Positions 27,150 through 33,875 of a stretch of 33,875 nt of DNA are shown in pieces (position 1 is the first letter of the stretch; every line of letters begins with the position of its first letter). Source of the DNA: a virus (lineage: Duplodnaviria; Caudoviricetes); IMG/VR virus record IMGVR_UViG_3300038520_000703, positions 1 through 33,875 of that record. The stretch is one strand, 5' to 3'. A model generated the notes under the pieces. It was not told the DNA's origin, searched no databases, and saw nothing but the letters and a program-made list of their open reading frames with translations. Both the position numbers and the translations under genes were made by a program.

Positions 27150-27824
27150 TTACGTTACCGAAGACCTCAAAGAATCATAACGGTACTCATCTCTCCTTCC
27201 GCGAGCTTCTGCAAGGTTTTTTAACCTAGATATTTCATTTGCAAAGCGTTGCTCGTATTGCTGTGTCAAATCATTTTCACCTTTCATAAATATGTATGCC
27301 TCAGCTAAACTACCATAAAGTAAAGCATTTCTTGCATTATTAGAAAGCCAAGTACCTGTAGTGTCTGTTACTAAAGAGTTTGGCTTAAATAAATAATGTA
27401 ATTCAACATTATAATCTGCATCTGGAACAGGGCTTACGATTAACGTAGAGCCGTTGTTAGAAGCTGTAGATAAATCTTTGTCAAAATCTGCATAATATAA
27501 AGGTCTGCCTCTAGCGGTCGAATCTGTTGGATCTACAGAGTATTCACGCATAAAAGTCACGTGTTTTTTGTCTAAATAGTGATAATCTCCACCACTATCT
27601 ATAATTGCTAGTGAGAAACTTAATTGATAATCAGTAGGCGCAGTTAAGTATGTGTTTCCAGTGGTTAAAGTTCCTGTAACATTTTTTCTAAAATAATCAA
27701 ATTGTATTAATTCAAATATTCTTTCCTCTGCATTTTTAATAAAGTCATCTAAGGTATTTACAAAAGTAGTCTCTGTATTCTCAGTATAATTTTGTATTAA
27801 AGTTTTTAACTCTGCTAAAGTCAT
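27150..27824 (-). CDS. Head-tail adaptor / tail tubular protein
   Basis: MT..EL...IQ.Y.E.....F...L..FI..AE.RI, G.P.YY, P.PD..Y.VEL.Y and LLYGSL.EA. Confidence 0.65.
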   Translation of the reverse strand: MTLAELKTLIQNYTENTETTFVNTLDDFIKNAEERIFELIQFDYFRKNVTGTLTTGNTYLTAPTDYQLSFSLAIIDSGGDYHYLDKKHVTFMREYSVDPTDSTARGRPLYYADFDKDLSTASNNGSTLIVSPVPDADYNVELHYLFKPNSLVTDTTGTWLSNNARNALLYGSLAEAYIFMKGENDLTQQYEQRFANEISRLKNLAEARGRRDEYRYDSLRSSVT

Positions 27825-28162
27825 GATACAACTATTGTAACCTCACCAACGCCACCTGTCATCTTATCAACTGTAAAGTTGGTAGGTAGTGTTGCAGGAT
27901 TTAAAAAATCTGGTTGAAATATGTTTGAACTGACTACAACAACAAAACCCTCTCCTTCTTCCTTATCGTTATTGGGTCTTGGCTTGTACAAAGCCTCTGG
28001 ATCAGCTGTAGCAGTCAAAGGCTCTAGTTGTGGATGTTTAGGTTCGTAACAATCTGGACATACTTTTAAACCATTCCATTCTTCTTTTAAATCATTTAAT
28101 TTGTATTCAAAAGCACATCTATCACATAAAGCTTTTGCAAATTTGCCAGATGCGTAAGCCAT
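27821..28162 (-). CDS. Zn-finger (CxxC...CxxC) virion-module protein
   Basis: CDRC and CPDC; the ATG may be at 28162 or 28165. Confidence 0.6.
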   Translation of the reverse strand: MAYASGKFAKALCDRCAFEYKLNDLKEEWNGLKVCPDCYEPKHPQLEPLTATADPEALYKPRPNNDKEEGEGFVVVVSSNIFQPDFLNPATLPTNFTVDKMTGGVGEVTIVVS

Positions 28163-28833
28163 CAATTCATCCTTATGTCTGGTCTAACCCTATAAGAGGC
28201 TCTATCCTCATCTTGAGACATAGCTCTGTCAAATTCCTCTTCATATAAAGATTTTAACTGTGATGTTCTTTCTGGAGCTCTTTTTAATGATATGTAGTAA
28301 GCTAATCCAGCTGCGAAGCAAGGATAAAATCTAAATGGCATATCCATAGTATTTGTTGGCTTATCTGCATCATCCATTCTAACTATTTTATTAAACACTA
28401 AAATATCTGTAGAGTTTTCAGGTGACGGCCATACTTTTAATGTAGGTGTTGATAATTTATCAAGAAAGAATTGTGACGGTCTAGCTTTTGTTGTTTTATT
28501 TGGTATGTTGATATATTCAGATCTACTAATACGATTCATACTTATATCTGTCTGAGTTTGATTAATTGTTCTACGTAGAACAACGTCTAAAATATCAATA
28601 ACATTCGAGTTTAAAGAATAATCTGTTGTGCCTTCTGTAACTGTTTGTGTTGCTTGTTCTATAGTCCACTGGTTTAATCCTCTATTAGCCCATTCAGCTA
28701 ACATAAGGTTAATAGATCTTCGTGCGGTTTTAAGATCATATCCTGTTCTTAACTCTAAACCACATCTTTCAAAAGCTTCTTCAACAAACTCGGCTACATT
28801 TGGTTCAAAATCTGTGCTATTTGATGTTGCCAT
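28162..28833 (-). CDS. Head-tail connector (P22 gp4-like adaptor)
   Basis: EEAFER.G...TGY....ARRS.N....EW.NRG.N.W and GLAYY. Confidence 0.65.
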   Translation of the reverse strand: MATSNSTDFEPNVAEFVEEAFERCGLELRTGYDLKTARRSINLMLAEWANRGLNQWTIEQATQTVTEGTTDYSLNSNVIDILDVVLRRTINQTQTDISMNRISRSEYINIPNKTTKARPSQFFLDKLSTPTLKVWPSPENSTDILVFNKIVRMDDADKPTNTMDMPFRFYPCFAAGLAYYISLKRAPERTSQLKSLYEEEFDRAMSQDEDRASYRVRPDIRMN

Positions 28834-28835
28834 AA

Positions 28836-29510
28836 TTAATCCTCATATAAATTATCAAAAGTTATTGAAGGATCTAAATAACTTTCATGCCCCTCTGCTG
28901 AGTGTTTCCACTGCGAGGGTTTAAACTGTGGCGGTCCTTCGCCTGTTACCCACAAAGCAGGGCTAGTGGCTCTAACTCTATTATTAGGCAAAGCAACTAA
29001 GTTACCTTTCCATTCACAGTCTTCAGTTATATATAATACATGACTTTGTTTATGTTGTGCAGGGTCATCTGCAATATCAGTATTTGTGTAATCTACGGTA
29101 AATAAATATTTTGCTTGATAAAAATCACCGTCAATTTTTGCAATCCAAGGTGAAGAACTAACTCTATCCATTACAACAACACTATGATCTCTAGCTTCAC
29201 AATCCCAAGGCTGTGCTAAATGGTCCTCCATAGGCCTAGGGAAATCGTCCATAGGTATATCCGCAACTAAACCTTGGATAGGCATACGAGCCCACATAGC
29301 ACCACCGTGGATATTTCCTTCGTCCCAATCTTCACAATTTGCTTCCTCTCCAGTGAAAACTACTTGGAAACTTAAAGACCTATCAGGTATTGTATTAACT
29401 GCTATAGCCAAGGCATGCAAATACTCACCTTGGTATTCCTCGTGATTGTGCGTAAACTCTCTCCTAACCCAACATTTAAAATGTGGGATATTACTTATCA
29501 AATACGGCAC
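28836..29510 (-). CDS. Conserved phage hypothetical protein
   Basis: Probable GTG start at 29510 just after the upstream stop (ORF track gives 29549); YLISNIPHFKCWVRREF and GAMWARMPI. Confidence 0.65.
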   Translation of the reverse strand: MPYLISNIPHFKCWVRREFTHNHEEYQGEYLHALAIAVNTIPDRSLSFQVVFTGEEANCEDWDEGNIHGGAMWARMPIQGLVADIPMDDFPRPMEDHLAQPWDCEARDHSVVVMDRVSSSPWIAKIDGDFYQAKYLFTVDYTNTDIADDPAQHKQSHVLYITEDCEWKGNLVALPNNRVRATSPALWVTGEGPPQFKPSQWKHSAEGHESYLDPSITFDNLYED

Positions 29511-29511
29511 T

Positions 29512-29781
29512 TTAGAACTTGCTTCTTCTTCTATTAGCGTTACCTGCAATCATGACTGAACCACCCTTAGACATTTTCATCATACTTCCGCCTTTAGATT
29601 TTTTCATTAAAGACCCGCCTTTAGACTTTTTCATCATGCTCCCGCCTTTAGACTTCTTCATTAATGAGCCACCTTTAGACTTTTTCATAAGTGAACCGCC
29701 TTTGGATTTTTTCATCATCATGCCGCCTTTAGACTTTTTCATCATACTGCCGTTTTTAGACTTTTTATAATGACCTGGCAT
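29512..29781 (-). CDS. Basic tandem-repeat protein (KKSKGGSxM)x8
   Basis: AAGGAG RBS; eight 9-aa repeats. Confidence 0.8.
   Translation of the reverse strand: MPGHYKKSKNGSMMKKSKGGMMMKKSKGGSLMKKSKGGSLMKKSKGGSMMKKSKGGSLMKKSKGGSMMKMSKGGSVMIAGNANRRRSKF
29551..29766. repeat. 27-bp coding tandem repeat, 8 degenerate copies
   Basis: Units such as CCGCCTTTAGACTTTTTCATCAT vary mostly at synonymous positions. Confidence 0.9.
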
Positions 29782-29792
29782 AATAGTACTCC

Positions 29793-29951
29793 TTACTTTT
29801 TACTTGGTTTCTTTTTTGTGGTTTTTTTTGCAGGAGCTTTCTTTTTTGGTTTCATATTTATGTAAATACGATCTTCCTTTACTGGCTCGTCTGGTCTAAC
29901 TTTTGCATCCAATCTTGCTTGTATTTTTGGATCAACTTTTGATTTTGGCAT
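29793..29951 (-). CDS. 52-aa Lys-rich protein with H1-like tail (KPKKKAPAKKTTKKKPSKK)
   Basis: Translated by hand. AGGAG RBS; fills the gap between neighbours. Confidence 0.75.
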   Translation of the reverse strand: MPKSKVDPKIQARLDAKVRPDEPVKEDRIYINMKPKKKAPAKKTTKKKPSKK

Positions 29952-29960
29952 ATTTATCTC

Positions 29961-30398
29961 CTAACTAATTGTTGTAAATTTACGCCTGTTAGACATAACT
30001 TTACCACAACCTCTAGCTATCTTGCCACCATTCTTTTTTTGTGCACGACCACCATCAACAAAATAACCCATTTTATTACGCACTTCTTTAGGTAATTTCG
30101 GCAAACCTTTGTTGCCTGGCGGTATTGGTTTTAGTTTTTTAGTCACCTTGTTTCCTCCTTTTAATGAAACTCTAGCTTTTTTAGTATTAGGTACAACAGT
30201 TTTACCTTTTCTGCCTGCTGCTTTTTTCTTTCTTGCAGTTTTTGCTCTTTCTGCTTTACTTAAACTTTGTGCTTTTGCTTTTGGCAAACAACGATCTGGA
30301 TTTTTTTTGTCTTTACTAGTGCCGCAAGGTCCTTTAATAGATCCATCTGTTCCTATACGGACCCAGTTTTGTTTTCTCCACTCGGCTAATTGACCCAT
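29961..30398 (-). CDS. Basic hypothetical protein (DUF5872-like)
   Basis: L..W..Q.WV.I...GPCG...RCLP; C-terminal GG..ARGCG.V. Confidence 0.65.
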   Translation of the reverse strand: MGQLAEWRKQNWVRIGTDGSIKGPCGTSKDKKNPDRCLPKAKAQSLSKAERAKTARKKKAAGRKGKTVVPNTKKARVSLKGGNKVTKKLKPIPPGNKGLPKLPKEVRNKMGYFVDGGRAQKKNGGKIARGCGKVMSNRRKFTTIS

Positions 30399-30721
30399 TA
30401 TCTAAGCCTCTCTCTCATCACTATACCCTGACCTCTAATGGGACCTCCAAATCTTTTACCTTTTCTTTTACCACCTTTGGCTTTTTTTGCATAATTGGGA
30501 TCTTTACAATACTTTGATGCAGCCATATTTGCGTAAGCTGAAGGGTATGTATCAAAGGTTCTTTTTGCCCAAGCTTTGCCTTCTGGACATATTTTACCTT
30601 TGCTTTTAGCCTTACCTCCTTTTTTCATTTTAATAGACTGTAATGTTTTAGCCTGTTTTGCATGTGTTTTACTTGCTTTTTGCAAGCCCTTTATCACTTT
30701 TTTTAATTTTTCTTTAGCCAT
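30398..30721 (-). CDS. Basic hypothetical protein
   Basis: Lys-rich; FDTYPSAYAN motif; TAATG coupling. Confidence 0.65.
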   Translation of the reverse strand: MAKEKLKKVIKGLQKASKTHAKQAKTLQSIKMKKGGKAKSKGKICPEGKAWAKRTFDTYPSAYANMAASKYCKDPNYAKKAKGGKRKGKRFGGPIRGQGIVMRERLR

Positions 30722-31049
30722 AATTCAAACCATCCAAATGATAGTTTAGCGTAAGCTCCTCGCCAACACTAATTTTTTTTAATGTAATTACGTTATATAC
30801 TCTGTAGTCGTCCCAGTCTAATTCTTCGCTAAGATAACAATTAGAATCCTCTGAGTGATTTAAAAAACCGCCTATAGATGTTCTTATGTAGCCTTGAATT
30901 ATAGGAACTTTTATATGTGACATACCTATATCAAAATCTTTATTAATATTTTGTATTGCAAACAAACCAAATCCTTCTATAGGGCTTTTTTGAACTTCTA
31001 TACAGTCTGGTAAAGGTTTGTAATAAAATTTATTATAAACAGGATACAT
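30714..31049 (-). CDS. Minimal SET-domain protein (putative lysine methyltransferase)
   Basis: SPIEGFGLFA, FLNHSEDSNC and GEELTLNY match SET motifs. Confidence 0.85.
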   Translation of the reverse strand: MYPVYNKFYYKPLPDCIEVQKSPIEGFGLFAIQNINKDFDIGMSHIKVPIIQGYIRTSIGGFLNHSEDSNCYLSEELDWDDYRVYNVITLKKISVGEELTLNYHLDGLNYG

Positions 31050-31342
31050 TATTTAATTCTTCCAAACTTTCTTCTAATAGAATCTTTACCTCTTCTAAAT
31101 ATTTCAGCTTGTTTAGGCTTACCCCCATATTTAGATCTTTGCTCGCCTACGGTAAGTATTTGTATTAATCTTGCAAAAGGTTTTCTTGTGCGTTTTACCT
31201 TTGCTACTGTATCTCTGGCATCCTGAACAGTTGCATATTTTATTGATACAGTATCTTTAGGGTTTTCGTCTGTGTATAGTCTTCTACCACTACCCTTTGG
31301 TTTTTTGCCTGTGCCTACTTTGGGATCACGTTTTTTTGCCAT
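31049..31342 (-). CDS. Basic hypothetical protein
   Basis: DPKVGTGKKPKGSGRRLYTDENPKDTV. Confidence 0.7.
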   Translation of the reverse strand: MAKKRDPKVGTGKKPKGSGRRLYTDENPKDTVSIKYATVQDARDTVAKVKRTRKPFARLIQILTVGEQRSKYGGKPKQAEIFRRGKDSIRRKFGRIK

Positions 31343-31609
31343 TTAACAATCCCAGTCTCTTCTAGCCCAATAATTAGCCTTCATACGGTCATTACCAAGC
31401 TTTTCACTTCTTTTACAATATGATCTTTTACGTTTTGGATCGTTTTTGTGCATCCCTAATTTAGCATCACCAAACGCAATACGTTTGACTTTTCCTGTTG
31501 AGGGATTTTTTACAAAGACTTCTTTTCGTTTTGTACCATAACCAGGGCTACCTTTGCGGATAGCCCTAGGTCTATTAAGAGTTACGGTTTTGCCTTTGTA
31601 CTGTGCCAT
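31343..31609 (-). CDS. Basic hypothetical protein (DUF6321-like)
   Basis: VFVK...GKVK.I.FGD......DP.R..SYC.R and ANYW. Confidence 0.65.
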   Translation of the reverse strand: MAQYKGKTVTLNRPRAIRKGSPGYGTKRKEVFVKNPSTGKVKRIAFGDAKLGMHKNDPKRKRSYCKRSEKLGNDRMKANYWARRDWDC

Positions 31610-31612
31610 TCA

Positions 31613-32014
31613 TTAATAATTCTTATTCAAAACAAGTATTATTGAATATGTATCACCACTAGAGTGTCCAACAGTTGTAAAATCAATATCTCCTGTCACT
31701 CCAGAACCAGCGTTGTTAGGTATGCCTGTAAAAATATCATAATATTCATCACCCGTACTATCTGCTGGTAAACCAGTAATTAATACGTTAGTTGATGCAT
31801 CAAACTCTATATTTACGCCCATACCTCTACAGGCCCAATAAATTCTAGCAACTGATACGGAGGTACAAGATTCACCAGCACTGTTAGTGGTAAGTGCTGA
31901 CACATCTACTTTTTTTACAGCAGATTCACCCGTTCCATCTGATACATTTGTAAATTTCAAGACAGCAGTTTTTTCACCATCTTGAATAGTTTGCGAAGTT
32001 ACTGTATCTGCCAT
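31613..32014 (-). CDS. Putative virion structural protein
   Basis: 133 aa, beta-rich, AGGAG RBS, downstream of the capsid genes. Confidence 0.6.
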   Translation of the reverse strand: MADTVTSQTIQDGEKTAVLKFTNVSDGTGESAVKKVDVSALTTNSAGESCTSVSVARIYWACRGMGVNIEFDASTNVLITGLPADSTGDEYYDIFTGIPNNAGSGVTGDIDFTTVGHSSGDTYSIILVLNKNY

Positions 32015-32023
32015 TGTTTACTC

Positions 32024-32740
32024 CTATCTTTCTACTGCTGCTACAACGTAATCAATAGTCATAGTTTGTGCTGAAGCTTCGCCATTTTGAATACCAAATG
32101 ATACGGTTAATTCTTCATCATCAGGTAGATTTGTAATAGCAACTCCAACTGGTGCAGCATTATTTATTGAATAAAATACTTTTGAAGCATCAGGATCAAT
32201 AAACCAAGTAGTCGTGATAAATGTATCATCTGCCATAGTTGCAACGTCCTCTGTAGTGGTAGCAGTATTATCTTTCTCAACTAAGAAATCTAAACCTGCG
32301 TCACCGTCTGCAGAAATGAAGAAAACACCGTCTGTAGTATCGAGAGGTGTTGTATCTGTAATACCAAGACCCATAACAAAGTCAGATTGGTCTACATCAT
32401 TTACTTTGAATCTGGCAGAAAAGTATGCTTTCTTACTTGTGCTTAATTTAAAACCTTCACCTTTTAATTGTAAAAAGTCTAAATCATTATCACCTGCAGC
32501 ATTAGTGAGCAATAAAGCTCCACCAGCTGAAGACGTTACAGCTTCAGATGCACTACCAGTACCAGCCTCAGTAGTTGTTATAGTCCAATCACCAGAGTTA
32601 TATGTAAAAAAGTCATTATGATACATATAAAATGTTTGATCTGATGGATATGGTGCGAACATAGGCTGGTTTTTCTTGTGCTCTGTAGCAACAGTATTAC
32701 CTGCCCATAATATTAAGTTTTGAAAATGTGGATTAGCCAT
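32024..32740 (-). CDS. Putative capsid decoration / lectin-fold virion protein
   Basis: Acidic, Thr-rich beta protein directly after the major capsid gene; AAAGGAG RBS. Confidence 0.55.
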   Translation of the reverse strand: MANPHFQNLILWAGNTVATEHKKNQPMFAPYPSDQTFYMYHNDFFTYNSGDWTITTTEAGTGSASEAVTSSAGGALLLTNAAGDNDLDFLQLKGEGFKLSTSKKAYFSARFKVNDVDQSDFVMGLGITDTTPLDTTDGVFFISADGDAGLDFLVEKDNTATTTEDVATMADDTFITTTWFIDPDASKVFYSINNAAPVGVAITNLPDDEELTVSFGIQNGEASAQTMTIDYVVAAVER

Positions 32741-32813
32741 TATGAACTCCTTTACTTGTATTAATGGAAATCTTTACGATCCTCATTAAGCTAATTAATT
32801 TAAAACTACCTAA

Positions 32814-32842
32814 AGTTTACACCTCATAATCAAATGAAGCAA
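32814..32842 (-). promoter_or_regulatory. Putative sigma70-type promoter re-initiating after the capsid terminator
   Basis: TTGCTT-N17-TAAACT on the minus strand, immediately after the terminator T-tract. Confidence 0.45.
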
Positions 32843-32867
32843 CAAAAAAGGGAGCCGAAGCTCCCTT
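32841..32867 (-). terminator. Intrinsic terminator after the major capsid gene
   Basis: GGGAGC-TTCG-GCTCCC followed by TTTTTTGTT on the minus strand. Confidence 0.92.
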
Positions 32868-32908
32868 AAAATTGTAGTTGAGTGAGAAACGCTACAATAA
32901 TCCGTTCC

Positions 32909-33811
32909 TTAAGCTCCTTGAGAACCGTAAACGGCTCTAAAGTTAGAATATCCAAAACTATAACGCTCTCTAGCTTTGTATCTCATGTTACCTGTATCGA
33001 AGTCACCTTCTAATGCAGTTTGCATAGGAGATCTTTCAAAATACTTAAACCCGTCTGGGCAGTCAGTTTTAATGAAATACGCATCTGTATCTGTTAGATA
33101 GTTGTTTACAACATATCCATCAGGAAGCATACCAGTATTTGCTATAGCATTAATGTCGTTGTCAGATGTTCCTACTCTGCCTGGGCTTTGTAGTAATCTG
33201 TCAGCAACAAATACTAATTGTGGTGGGATAATTAACTTCATACCTTTCAACGCAATATTAAGACCTCTATCATCTGTAAATGTAGAAATATTAATAAGTG
33301 AGTCTTCTAATGAAGTTTCATTAAGATCCGCCATAGTGGTAGCTCTATTTGCTAGTGAACCACCGCCGCCTAGTGGATGATCTGTAGCCACAAGCACTTT
33401 ACCGTCACCGCCTGTTGTACTAAACGCGTTGTTTAATACTGAAGCTGCTTTGATTTGCTTTGTGTTAGCCATAGATCTTGCTAAAGCCTTGGTGTATCTT
33501 GCGCCGAGTCTATCATAAAGATTATCTTCAATTGCTTCTTCAGTTAGTGCGAAAGCTAAAGCCACTGTTTCGTGGGTATAACGTGAAGTATAACCTTCGT
33601 TAGCTGTATCAAATCTGACACCACTACCTTCAGCTTTTACTTCTGCGTTACCAAACCCTACTATTAGGGTTTCTTCTTCAAACGCTCTATCAGAAGTTTC
33701 AGAATCATAGATTTCTGTATGTTGAGCTTCGTATCTGGCATATTCCATACCGAACAAAGCATTAAGACCTGGCTCTAATTCTTTCGCTAATTGCGCTCTA
33801 TTAATTGCCAT
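32909..33811 (-). CDS. Major capsid protein (Mu gpT-like, HK97 fold)
   Basis: MAINRAQLAKELEPGLNALFG, S.RAFEE and DFDTGN.RYKARERYSFG; strong terminator downstream. Confidence 0.9.
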   Translation of the reverse strand: MAINRAQLAKELEPGLNALFGMEYARYEAQHTEIYDSETSDRAFEEETLIVGFGNAEVKAEGSGVRFDTANEGYTSRYTHETVALAFALTEEAIEDNLYDRLGARYTKALARSMANTKQIKAASVLNNAFSTTGGDGKVLVATDHPLGGGGSLANRATTMADLNETSLEDSLINISTFTDDRGLNIALKGMKLIIPPQLVFVADRLLQSPGRVGTSDNDINAIANTGMLPDGYVVNNYLTDTDAYFIKTDCPDGFKYFERSPMQTALEGDFDTGNMRYKARERYSFGYSNFRAVYGSQGA

Positions 33812-33814
33812 TAT

Positions 33815-33874
33815 TTATACTCCTGTTGGGTCGATATAGAAATGCTCGTTAAATTTAACAATCACATTTACGTT
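33815..33874 (-). CDS. 3' end of a gene truncated by the window edge (probable capsid cement/decoration protein)
   Basis: Open frame ...NVNVIVKFNEHFYIDPTGV-stop immediately upstream of the capsid gene, containing its AGGAG RBS. Confidence 0.5.
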   Translation of the reverse strand, partial: NVNVIVKFNEHFYIDPTGV

Positions 33875-33875
33875 A

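Noticed and set aside
29551-29766. Possible CRISPR array
   Set aside because: Contiguous in-frame 27-bp coding repeats with no unique spacers and no cas genes.
4942-33380. Numerous plus-strand ORFs (for example 10441-11034, 25256-25687, 29519-29770) and minus-strand ORFs within 1795-4066
   Set aside because: They are antisense shadows of well-supported genes and show no recognisable motifs.

Overview
AT-rich fragment of a tailed dsDNA phage genome with a podovirus-like gene set resembling uncultured marine phages; the host cannot be determined from the sequence. Left end (1-4699): replication/recombination genes (DUF3310-like, DUF669/SSB-like plus Sak4-like AAA ATPase, Cro-like HTH, primase-polymerase/helicase, PD-(D/E)XK nuclease) around a divergent promoter. 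The rest (4692-33875, minus strand) is a tightly packed late region. In transcription order it holds the major capsid protein, a cluster of small Lys-rich proteins containing a SET domain, head-tail adaptors, a sialyltransferase/Maf-like enzyme, a tail fibre with an S74 chaperone, lysis genes, a tail nozzle and four large ejection proteins. The most striking element is a 4.8 kb cassette between the tail fibre and the holin/lysozyme: csgF, csgG, a curlin-like beta-repeat protein, a FecR-domain protein with a curlin-like C-terminus, and a CHASE2 class III adenylate cyclase with intact catalytic motifs. This looks like a phage-encoded curli (type VIII) secretion channel linked to a trans-envelope cAMP signalling module and co-transcribed with lysis genes. 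All family calls come from motif recognition, not database searches.
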